Source of the DNA: Malacoraja senta
Lineage: Eukaryota
Direction of reading: 5' to 3'
DNA: 64,000 nucleotides
NCBI GenBank assembly: GCA_038087875.1
Contig: JAXLNO010000356.1
Location: 1 to 64,000 of the forward strand
Shown piece by piece: positions 53,175 to 64,000 of the stretch. Numbering within the stretch: the first letter of the stretch is position 1; the number at the start of each line of letters is the position of its first letter. A program made the translations under genes and the position numbers. The notes under the pieces are model-generated. The model searched no databases and had not been told where the DNA came from. It saw only the letters and a program-made list of their open reading frames with translations.

Positions 53175-53488
53175 TTCAGTTTAGTTTAGAGATACATCGT
53201 GGAAACAGGCCCTTCGGCCCACTGAGTCCGTGCCAACCAATGATCCCCGTACACTAACACTATCCAACACATACTAGGGCCAATTTACAATTTTACCAAG
53301 CCAATTAACCTACATACCTGTACGTCTTTGGATTGTGGGAGGAAACCAGTGCTCCCGGAGAAACCCATGCAGGTCATGGGGAGAAGGTATAAACCCCGTA
53401 CAGACAGTACCTGTAGTCAGTATTGAACCCAGGTCTCTGGCGATGTGAGGCAGCAACTCTACCGACCGCTGTGCCACCCTGCCGCCCA
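53175..53488 (-). mobile_element. HE1-type V-SINE
   Basis: Reverse complement of the SINE consensus. Confidence 0.9.
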
Positions 53489-54019
53489 CAGTTAATATTT
53501 CTTGGTATGCGTATTTGTTGTGGCATTTTGAAATACTGTAACTCCTTTTGTGCAGTCAGGGTGAGTAGAGGGGATTATGATTACTAGACAGCCCACATGC
53601 TGTAATTAGGGATTTGTATGATCTCCACTTACAGCTTGTGTGATCATGTGGTTTGCTTCTGTAAAATGTCTTGTGATGCATGAGAGACTGATGATTAGCA
53701 GAAACTTATGTAATAACCAAACACATAGGCACAAATGCACTCTGCTCTTTCTTATTTTCTATAAATGCGAGTTAAACATCACTACATTCACCGTTGTTTT
53801 GGAAAATTATCATGGTGTATGCATCCAGAAATCTGTACACTAACCTGATTTTGCATTCTGTCACTTCCGATCAAATCAGATTAGTTTTATTGGCATTTAC
53901 ACCAGAGTGCAATGAAATTCCTTGTTTGCATGAAGCTCATTGAACAAACAGTATATGATGGATAATGGTAACAAAATATACAAGAAAGCATACACCAATG
54001 GGCGGCAGAATCGGCAGCG

Positions 54020-55450
54020 CAGTTTGCAGATGATATCACCGTGGTGGGCTGAATGTTGAATAATGATGAGATGGGAGGAAATCAGAAACCTTGTAGCATG
54101 GTGTCAAGGCAACAACCGCTCGCTCAATGTTAGAGACAAGAAGGAGCTGGTCACCAACGTCAGGAGGTGGGGTAGAGTACACACCGCTGTCTGCATCAAT
54201 GGTGCTGAAGTAGAGATGGTCGAGAGCTTCAAGTTCCTTGGTGTAAATATCACCTGATCCAACCACATTGATGCTATGTCCAAGAAAGCATACTAATGCC
54301 TTTACTTCCAGAGAAGACCAAGGAAATTTGGGCATGTATCCAGCGACTCTTACCAATGTCTACAGATGTATCATAGGAATCATCCTATTGGGATGCCGCA
54401 CAATTGGGGACACTCTATCCAAGACTGAATGTTTATTATTATCACGTGTTCCGAGGTACAGCCTTTGACTGTAAAAGACTACATGATTACAACCAAGCAG
54501 TCTGTTGTGCACAGGATCAAGGGTACAACATTTAGTGCAATGTAAAGTGTGATAAAGGCCGCTTAAAGATAGGTCAACCATCTCCAAGGAGGTAGATGGG
54601 AAGTCAGGACTGCACTCTAACCAGTTAGAGGACGGTTCATTTGCCAATAATAACAGCTGGGGGGGACTGGTGTGAGACTTGATTATGCTGGTGGCCTTGC
54701 CGCAGCAGCGTGAAGTGTAGATGGAGTCAATGGAAGGTAGGTTGGTTTGCATGATGGTCTGGGCTATGTCCAAAACTCTTTGCAATTCCTAGTGTTCTTG
54801 AATGGAGCTGTTCCCAAACTATGCTGTGATGCATCTCAATAAAATGCTTTCTATGGAGCATCTGTAGAAGTTGGTAGGGGTTGTTGGGAACCTGCCGAAC
54901 TTCCCAAGCCTTTTAAGGAAGTAGAGGCGTTGGTGTGCTTTCGTGGCCATAGCTTCCATGTGGCTGGTCCAGAACAAATTACTGGTGATATTTATTGCTA
55001 AGAACTTGAAGCTTTCGACCTATTTTAGCACCATCAGTGTATACCAGGGTGTGTGTACGGCTTCGCTTCCTAAAGTTAATGACAATCTCCTTTGTCTTGT
55101 TCACATTGAGGGCGAGGTTGTCGCTTTGGTACCAGGGTACGAGGTTCTCAATCTCGTCATTATTTGACATTGGGCTCCCTACGGGTGATACCATCTGTGA
55201 AATAGTAAATTCTATTGGATTTGTGTTTGACTGCACAGTCATGTGTGCACAAGGCGTACAGTAAGGAGCTGAGAACACTTCCTTGTGGGGCACCAGTGTT
55301 GGGGATTATCATAGAGAATGATTTGTCACCTATCCTCACTGATTGTTGTGGAAGTAGGTGAACAGTCGTAGGTCAAGGCTGCTACATAAGCTGGATTTAA
55401 TGCCATAACCAGCCTCTTGAAGCACTTCATGATGGTGGAAGGTGGGATGT
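54020..55450. mobile_element. Decayed Rex1-type RT fragments in both orientations (+ 54020-54420; - 54680-55450)
   Basis: FADD-like, VESFKFLGVNIT, NVNKTKEIVINFRK and LQRVLDIAQTI motifs. Confidence 0.8.
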
Positions 55451-55570
55451 CCAGGCTACTGGATGGCAGTCATTGAGGCATGAGGTCTTGCTTTTCTTTG
55501 GCATTCTCTCTTCTCCCTCCTTCCATCGGGCAATAGATACAAAAACTTGAAAACATATACTACTGGATTC

Positions 55571-55876
55571 TTACTTACTTACTGCCTATTACTCTTCCTG
55601 GCATGTAGGGCAGCAACGAAGGTCCTCCACTCAATAGTGTTGATTCCTTCAGTTGCTGTTTCCATAACATATTTGTTTTATGAGACAGGGTTGTTAGCCC
55701 TGTGCTCAACCTCCAACCTGGAGGACCAGTGGATCGCTCTTCATCTCGCCTCTACCCTTCGACCTGTCCAGCATGGGAGACCCTAACAGGAGACGAATCT
55801 CCCGCTGGCATAGCTCTAGGGATCACTGAGACACACAAGCTCCCCGACCACGACAAGGTTGCAATCCAACGGGGAG
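55571..55876 (-). mobile_element. 306-bp bipartite RTE-derived non-autonomous element (RTE 5' UTR + 3' tail) inserted in a Rex 3' fragment
   Basis: Perfect 12-bp TSD ACTACTGGATTC (55559-55570 / 55877-55888); RTE-type 5' motifs (CCTTGTCGTGG..GAGCTATG..CAGGTC, CTCCAGGTTGG..GGGCTAACAACCC); (TAAG)n tail. Confidence 0.85.
55820..55876 (-). ncRNA. Candidate HDV-like ribozyme variant at the element 5' end
   Basis: P1 CTCCCCG/CGGGGAG, P2 GGATTGC/GTGATCC, P3 ACC/GGT, L3 TTGTCGT, J4/2 CTCA. Confidence 0.6.
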
Positions 55877-57703
55877 ACTACTGGATTCAAGGACAGCTTA
55901 TTCTCTGCTGTTGTCAGATTCTTGAACAGACCTCTCTTATGCTAGAATGAATTACTCACCTCCCAACCTGCCTAATTGCAGCCTTTGCACTTTTTTATTA
56001 TGTATCCTTTTTATCTGTGGCTGTAACATTATAGTGTGCACTTTGTTTCTTTTGAATTAATGTAACATATGATTTGTCCTGATAGCATGCTAAACAGTTT
56101 TTTTCACTGTGTCTTGTACACATGTGACAGTAATAAACCCTTTCCAGAACATAATGTGATCTGAAGTAGTGCAAAAAGAACATCAAGGTGAGGAGTTTAC
56201 GTTTTGTTGCTTCTAAACCATCTTTCAGACTGACTGCAAGTTGGTGTGTTAATCATAGGTTCACTAGGAATGGAGTTTGAACAAAGTGCATCCAGTGATA
56301 ATGGTTGATTTTGTGTGGCTGATTTGTAAAAGTAATTATTGATGTGGTTAGCTTCATAGCGCAGATGGAAAATACCTTTGTTAATGATAATGTAGAATTC
56401 ATACGGAGGACAATGTGACACTTTGCACAACAAGGAATATACCATGTGTGCACCAAGTAACAGTGGCAACCATTTGGATCTATTTCAAACATTCTGCATT
56501 TTATGTAGCTGGTCAAAGCTAAGAGATTTTGCTTTTACGGCCAGATGGTGTTTATTTCAACATGTGGCTTCTTTTCATTCTTTCCTCCTAATCGTTGCAT
56601 TGTCTTGGTATACAAAAGATTAGCACATATCCACAAAGGTTTCCAGGAGACCAAGCAGTGAGCTGGGATATGCATTAATGAAATGATTGTTTGGTACTTT
56701 ATTGTCACGTGTACTAGGTGCAGTGAGATTGTTTGTTTGCTGCAAAGGTATGCAAGAGTCGCCATGTAAAGGACGCCCACAACGTTACAAAAGTAACTTT
56801 TGTAGTCCATCTGCCTTCTGCCCGAGCTCTCCTCCTACCCCCCCCCCCCCCGTACCTCTTTGTCCGCATGACACCCCCCCCGCGCGCCAGGTCCCTCCTT
56901 GTTCCACACGGCGTGCCATCCATTGACTGCCATGACTTACACAGGCCTGATCGGCTGCCCTCCAGCACTCATGCAGACGACGGCTCTCTGATGTCCCTCT
57001 CCTCTCGCCGATGTCCCTCTCACTCGCCGATGTCCCTCTCCTCTCGCCAACATCCCCCTCCTCTCACTCACCGACATCCCCCTCTCTCATTGGCATCGCT
57101 CTCCTACGCCGAGGGCCCTGCGTAAATGTCCTTGTGCGAGGAGGTCTGGGTTGTTGTCCATGAGGTTACACAGTCATCTGCCCGACTGAGTCTCAGTAAA
57201 TTTGGGGCTTGCTCTGTTTGATTATTCTCAAATTCCTGCCGTTAATGGAGCAGTACACCACAGTTATTACATATAAACATTATGTAGCAACTAGCTTGAG
57301 AACCCCAGTAACTTGGTGTCATTCTGAGCACTAATAAAGCTACAGGTATCCACTCGGTGACAGTGGGTAAGCCAGCTATGGTTTCTGTCATATATCCTCT
57401 CCTAATTGACTGACTCTTTGAATGGACTCTTGTGACTGAATTAATCTGGCAATGCACGCTTCAAATAGTGAATGATGTGCCATCTGTTACAATTCTTGTA
57501 GTTATTTGGCTTACTACAAGATAAAAAGATAATTTATCTCATTTTGGTCGTGTTGAGTGATTTAAGGATAACAGTGTAATCCGTGTTGCAAATCCAGTAC
57601 AGTGCTTCAAACCAGAGATCATTTTATTAACTCTCCAAACTTGGTAGCCAAAAAAAGTTTGTTTAAATAGGTGCAGATTAAATGAATGTAGGTAATTTCT
57701 GTT

Positions 57704-57897
57704 GTATAGGAAGGAACTGCAGATGCTGGATTACATCAAAGGTAGACACAAAATGCTGGAGTAACTCAGCCGGACAGGCAGCATCTTTGGAGAGAAGGAA
57801 TGGGTGACGTTTCGGGTCGAGATCCTTCTTCAGTCTGAAGAGAGGTCTCGCCCCGAAACGTCACCCATTCCTTCATTTCTTCTCTCCAGAGATGCTG
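57704..57897. mobile_element. Penelope-derived inverted unit with back-to-back hammerhead cores (- 57806-57833, + 57835-57862)
   Basis: GACGTTTCGGGTCGAGATCCTTCTTCAG-T-CTGAAGAGAGGTCTCGCCCCGAAACGTC. Confidence 0.85.
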
Positions 57898-58622
57898 AAA
57901 ATACACTGTCTTTTCCAGCTGATTGGGATTAATTTACCTTTGCATTGTACCTGATAATTCAGTGCATTAGCCTATTTAAAATAACCTCTGTCAAATTGCA
58001 AATCAATTAATTTGACAAATATTTTAAATTAATTGGTTATGGTTGCATTTGCTGCTACTTAATTGCCAAGAGAACAGTCTGGTGGTATTTAAAGGATAAA
58101 CCAATTTAAGTAGAGTGAGAGTGTAGAATATTGGTGTAAGGTTGTGGGATGTGTGTAACTATGGAAACTGGATGAAATTCCAGGAATAGCTGGAGCAATA
58201 TAAGGATAGAGGAGCCAAGTTAGAGATCACACAGGTAGCGACAGAGTGGAGGCAATTGGATGTTTAATGTGCAGAGGGTAGTTAAGCTGCGAGGGGTGGG
58301 GCCGAAAAGATACTTGGGTAGGATTTGAGGTTGTGTGGAGAATGCAAGAATGGATGGCAGTTGTACTCAACTAAGGTTGTGTGATCCCTGAAAGGATCTT
58401 TGAGGAGACAATAACAATACAACTCTTCCCAATTAATTTATGAGTGGAAGTTATCAACATTAGTCTTCTTAAATGTGAAGAAAATGATGGGAGATTTTTT
58501 ACCCAGGCAGACCCTCCCATTTGGCCAGTTAGAGCAGTGTCCTAAACACATCTCCACTTCAGGTTTGAGGGGATGCCCACATAGTCACAAGGTGACTCAA
58601 TTTCTCAAACCTTTATAGACAA

Positions 58623-59352
58623 CCAGACCAAGTGCAGACCCGTTGGGTCTGCTCTCGCAACACACCCGTTCCCTACCTGCAGCCCCCACGGGAGGCGTGG
58701 TGCAACTCAAGCCATTCCCGAACGTAAGATTCCAGCACTCCCCTGCCTCCTTCTGCAGTGCTCTTTAAAAAAAATTCCAATTGCACTTGTCCTGCGTGTT
58801 GCAATAGCAATTCGCCCTCCCCTGCTAGCCGTGCCATTCTGACATCATCAGTTGATGCTGGTCGTTTTAAATTCAGTCTTTTGATTTTTTTAAACTTTAA
58901 TCAGTAATAAGTCATGAAATAAAACATAAAATGTTCAGTGAAGGTGATCTCTGCCTAGAGGGGGGAAATGTGAATCCGAATATGTAAAAATCTTATGAAA
59001 GTTGGCATTTTTAAAGCTTTAATTGCGAATAACGTGTCAAATATAGGATGAAATCTTCAGTGAGGCTGATCACTGCTAGCCGAGCCATTGTGATGTCATC
59101 AGGTCGTTTTAATTTCAAAGTCTTTTGAATTTTTTAGAGTTTTAATCAGTAATGAGTCGAGGAATAAAGCATAAAATGTTCAGATAAGGTGCTCTCGGCC
59201 TAGAGGGGAAATATGTCAATCGGAATATGTAAAAATGCTATCGTTACTCCGTAGTGTTTTTGCAAAGATGTAAAGACAGCCACATATACACATACACACG
59301 CACATATACACATATACACACATACAAGATCAGACTTTTAATAAGTATATGA
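58623..59352 (-). mobile_element. Complete non-autonomous Helitron (730 bp)
   Basis: Minus strand: A|TCATATACTTATTAAAAGTCTGATCTTG ... GCAGACCC-AAC-GGGTCTGC ACTTGGT CTGG|T; inserted at an AT site inside a CR1 (TAGACAA)n tail; internal duplication 58830-59000 / 59080-59235. Confidence 0.85.
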
Positions 59353-59735
59353 TAGACAATAGGTGCAGGAGTATTTCATTCGGCCCTTCAAGCCAGCACT
59401 GCCATTCACTGTGATCATGGCTGATCATCCACAATCAGTACCCCGTTCCTGCCTTCTCCCCATATCCCCTGACTCCGATATATTTAAGAGCTTCATCTAA
59501 CTCTCTCTTGAAAGCATCCAGAGAATTGGCCTCCACTGCCTTCTGAGGCAGAGAATTCCACAGATTCACAACCCCCTGTGTGAAAAACAGTGAAACAGTG
59601 TAAAAATCCATGTTTAACATCTTTAACATGGGATATGGGCCATATGCAGGCAGGTGGGACTAGTGTGGATGGGACACGTTGACCGGTGTGGGCACGTTGG
59701 GCCGAAGGTATGCTGTATGACTCTGTGACTCTATC
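59353..59735. mobile_element. CR1 3' fragments (- 59353-59590; + 59620-59735)
   Basis: FFTQGVVNLWNSLPQKAVEA and CR1 3' UTRs. Confidence 0.85.
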
Positions 59736-59974
59736 TCAGATGTAAACAAAAGCAGATCAAAAGCATTTAACCCCAGTCAGCCTTTAAATTCAATAATAAC
59801 AAATTTCAAACAAATTGCAGCAAATGCTGGAAAGGCTAAGTAAAGTCCAAAAATGCTGGACATGTTTTACTCTTTAAGTTGCACCCTATTATGCCCCGAA
59901 CTATATTGCTACACTGGCACAAAATTTGAAGATCGCATAGAAAGTTAATCTGCATTTCGGCTCAAAAAGTTTCT

Positions 59975-60312
59975 CAATGCCCCTGGATTGGCCGATGAGG
60001 TCCAATCTGTTTGCACCCCACATGCTGGCATGGATGGGCACGGAGATATGGATAGATTGTGCATGTACAATAGCTCTCCTTCCCTCTCCCACCCAAGTCG
60101 CACCAGCTTCTCGTTTTCACCCAACAAACAGCTAACAAAGGCCTGTTTCCTTTGTCATTGTTATTTTTTTGCGTATCTTTCATTCATTGTTCTTTATCTC
60201 TACACATCATCGTCTAGATCTCTCGTTTCCCTTTCCCCTGACGTGTCTGAAGAAGGGTCTCAACCCAAAATGTCACCCATTCCTTCTCTCCAGAGATGCT
60301 GCCTGCCCCGCT
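59975..60312 (+). mobile_element. Penelope-derived 3' region/pLTR with degenerate hammerhead (60247-60274)
   Basis: CTGAAGAAGGGTCTCAACCCAAAATGTC; upstream sequence matches 13280-13345. Confidence 0.75.
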
Positions 60313-62035
60313 ATTTGTATCTATCTTCAGCTGAATGAGAATGGTTGGTTAGCTGTCAGTGTGATCCAATAGAATGTATTAATGATACTTTATGAATGAA
60401 TGAATGACTGAATGATACTTTAATGTCACATATACCTGGGGTGCCTAGGTACAGTGAAAAGCTTTGTTTTGCAAACAACCTGGGCAGTACACAAGTGTTG
60501 CCACTTGTGTTGGGGCTGACAAAGTTTCAAAAGCACTGAACAGTTCTATCTACTGCCTGCCGCCGTACATGGATGGCGCCTTTGGAGTTATGTTCTTAAA
60601 GCAGCAACGACACGTGATAATTGGATTAAATCCAGAGCATCAGACTTTGGGTGCTTTGTTCCAATTTATTGTATGTGATTGCAAACTACAATTCTTTACT
60701 TGAGGAGAAGGAGATGGCTATCCCTTGGTAAAATGTTACTTGTATATTCCATCCCATGCAAGTGGTTGACACTTCAGGTTTCTTGCCAGGCAAGACAGAC
60801 GCACTGAAAGATGACATAACAAGGTAAAGTGAATTATACCATTGACGTATTTGGTGAAATGACAAAGCTACAAACAACTGACAAGGTGGGAGAGCTTTAT
60901 TGTGCAGTTAAAAAAAAAAATCAGTAGCTTGGAAACAAAAAATGTTCTTGTCTGTACGGAGATTGTGAATGAGTTTGAACTCTTTAGATTGGTGGCATCA
61001 AACTACAGTGGACTTGCTCAACCAACATAATGATTATTTTGTGAAACTACTGAAAAGTCACTCACGCAGCTCTTCAAAACCCCATCAGCGAGAACTGTCA
61101 CACTTTGTTTCATAAAAAAGCTATGAGAACTCGTTAGCAATTTACCAGTCTTAACGAGTGAAAGCCTACTGGCTCCATTTTGGTGTGAATATTGTAACGC
61201 ATGCCCTGCTTCTACAGTTCCGTTGGAACATTTATACAGCTTGCATTTGCAAAGCTAGACATGAGGTGACGAGATTGAATATAAACCATTGCGCCAGAAT
61301 GAACTTTGTCCACCATGTGCTTATGTGCTTATTGAAGATGCCAATGTGTCTTGACAAAACTCCTGCTGGTATCAGCAACAAATTGAGCATGGAGTAAAAC
61401 AAAACTGTATGTACCTGCGTTGTATATGTTGCGTTATAGGGAGTGCATGGAATTTTTATAACAAGGGGTAGAGGGCTGAGAGACAACGGTTAGGCATCCC
61501 TGATGAAAGATGCGGTTTGGACACAAAGATGATGAGAATGAAGGAGGTGGGTGAATCAAAGAGCAGAAAATGAAGGTACTGAAAACAAATGGTTTTGTGC
61601 ACAGTGTTAAATATGATGATATCGGGTCCAGAAGGGGTGTTGGTGTGACTAAATCAGTGATGGTGATGTGTAGAAGATCATGAATGATAGTCTCATTACT
61701 GGATATGGTTACTTCCTATCATTTATATGGCCTGAATATTAGCCATCACTTTTCGGCTCAAATCTTGATTTGATCAAGTTCCAACCCAGACTATTGTGGG
61801 TTGTTACATTGCTGGAAGAGTTATGAACAACATTGACCCTTGCAATCTTCAGCAGTTCGCAGAGTGAAGGTCACTGAAGATGTTTGGGCCATTGACGCGA
61901 TGTCTTGGCTCTTGACAGTCACAACAGCCTGCAAGGCAATCAGAGGTTCCACTGAGTGGCATTGATAGATTTTGTGACGGTGTCTTAGTGCCACCCTATT
62001 TCTAATGATGGCCAGATATTGAAGAGTGGAAGTGT

Positions 62036-62690
62036 TCACAAGTTCACGTTATAGGAGTAGAATTAGGTCATTCGGCCCATGCCCATCGAGTCTACTCCGC
62101 CATTCAATCATCGCTGATCTCAGCCTCCTAATCCCAATTTCTTGCCTTCTCCCCATAACCCTTGTCACCCGTTCTAATCAAGAATTTGTCTATCTCTGCC
62201 TTAAAGATATCCACTGACTTGGCCTCCACAGCCCTCTGTGGCAATGAGTTCCACAGATTAACTACCCTCTGACAAAAGAAGTTCCTCCTCGTCTCCTTTA
62301 TAAAAGTGCGCCCTTTAATTCTGAGGCTATGACCTCTAGTCCTAGACTCTCCCACCAGTGGAAACATCTTTTCCACATCTACTCTATCTATGCCTTTCAA
62401 TATTCTGTAAGTTTCAATGAGGTCCCCCCCTCAACCTTTTAAACTTCAGCGAGTAGAGGCCCTGTGCTGTATAAATGCTCATCATATGCTGACCCACTCA
62501 TTCCTGGAATCATTCTTGTATACCTCCTCTGGATCCTCTCCAGAGCCAGCATATCCTTCCTCAGATATGGGGCCCAAATTTGCTCGCAGTACTCCAAATG
62601 TGGCCTGACCAGCGCCTTATAGAGCCTCTGCATTACATCTCTGTTTTTGTACTGCAGTCCTCTTGATATAAATGTTAGCATTGAATTTGA
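62036..62690 (-). mobile_element. CR1 3' fragment
   Basis: [13 protein letters not shown] and NFFCQRVVNLWNSLP. Confidence 0.9.
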
Positions 62691-62842
62691 CTCTCCTTTC
62701 ACATCAAGTGGTTCAGATAGAACATAATCTGCGTTTTCTTTAGCAGGATTTTGTTTTCTTGCTGACAGTGATTTTAGAACGGTATTCTTTATTCAATATC
62801 ACTTCTTTATTACTTCCTTTCAATATGATAACCTCCAATTGC

Positions 62843-63105
62843 GCGGCACGGTGGCGCAGCGGTAGAGTTGTGGCCTTAGAGCGCCAGAGACCCGGTTTTG
62901 ATCCTGATTATGGGTGCATTCTGTACGTAGTTTGTACGTTCTCCCCGTGTTCTGCATGGGTTTTCTCCGAATGCTCCTGTTTCCTCCCGAAGACGTGCAG
63001 GTTTGTAGGTTAATTGGCTTTGGCAAATTGTAAACTGTCCCTAGAGCATGTATGGGAATCGCTGGTTGGCGCCGACTCAGTGGGCCAAATGCCCGATGCT
63101 TCCGC
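62843..63105 (+). mobile_element. HE1-type V-SINE; another older copy at 63428-63645
   Basis: GGCACGGTGGCGCAGCGGTAGAG head and V-domain. Confidence 0.88.
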
Positions 63106-63689
63106 CCTATGCTCTCTGCTTGGTCATTGCTTTTAGAAAGTATCCTTCGACATTGTCTCTCCTTATCCTTCCCTGCAAAAATGCTTCATCTCTCATTTCT
63201 TTGCATTAAATGTTGAGTGCCATTTTATCAGCCTGTTTGTATCTTGCTGCAAACTATCACTATCCTTTTTTGCAATTCTCAATACTGCAGGTTTTGTGGC
63301 ATCTGCTAATTGAGAGATTGCGGCGTGCATCCCGAAATCCAGATCATCCAAAAAGATGTAAAAAATGCATAGACCTTACACCAATCCCTGGGGAATGTCA
63401 TTTTTTTCCGCTTCTCTTGCTCCGTAGTGGGTGGCACAATGGCTCAGCTGGTTGAGCTGCTGCCTGGCAGCACCAGAGACCCAGGTTAATTCATGACCTC
63501 GGGTGCGGCCGATGTAGAATATGCATGTTTACCCTCTGACTGTGTAGGTTTCCTCCTGATGCTCTGGTTTCCTCCCACGTCCCAAAGATGTGCAGGGTGG
63601 TTAATTCCCCTCTGTAAGTTGCCCCTAGTGTGCAAGTGAATGGAAAATCTGAGAAGATTTGATGAGAAAGTGATGAGAACAAAAAGATT

Positions 63690-63930
63690 GTGGCCCTTCG
63701 GCCTACAATGTTTGTGCTGAACATGATGTTCAGTGAAATTGATTTCATCTGCCTGTACATGATCAATATCCCTCTATTCCCAGCACTTTCATTTGTCTAA
63801 AAGCCTCTTAAACACCACAATCGCATCTGTCTCCACCACCACCCCTGGCAGTACGTCTCTTTCCACACCACTCTCTATGAAAAAACCACGCCCCGCGCAT
63901 ATCCATTAAACTTTCCCCCCTTACCTTAAT
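63690..63930 (-). mobile_element. Decayed CR1 3' fragment
   Basis: GGCCCTTCGGCC tail hairpin and C-terminal remnants. Confidence 0.7.
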
Positions 63931-64000
63931 GTAGGATTAGTGTAAATGTGTGGTTGATGGTTGCAGTGCACCTGTTTCTCTCTGTGATTCTATCATTTTA

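Noticed and set aside
58616..59359. TAGACAA direct repeat as TSD of the 730-bp element
   Set aside because: It is the pre-existing CR1 tail microsatellite; the insertion is at an AT site with no duplication
61612..61740. ATGATGA as a box C/D snoRNA
   Set aside because: No suitably placed box D with terminal stem was identified

Overview
Repeat-dense eukaryotic DNA, almost certainly from a cartilaginous fish (skate/ray-like), judged from HE1-type V-SINEs, CR1 tails and Penelope-derived short repeats. No host protein-coding gene can be named. A CpG island at about 23.7-25.4 kb looks like a bidirectional promoter: a spliced, apparently non-coding transcript runs leftwards and a gene with long introns and non-coding first exon(s) runs rightwards. 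Mobile DNA dominates. It includes a near-complete CR1 ORF2, a complete Passport-like Tc1 (IR/DR, TA TSD), Rex1, L2 and Penelope fragments, a nested hAT-like element with a 5-bp TSD, and a family of non-autonomous Helitrons. The most striking signal is RNA structure. Two tiny TSD-flanked retroelements (130 bp and 306 bp) each begin exactly with an HDV-like ribozyme fold, one a 54-nt minimal CPEB3-like fold. About a dozen Penelope-derived units carry minimal hammerhead cores, some arranged back-to-back on opposite strands. Boundaries of degraded fragments are approximate.
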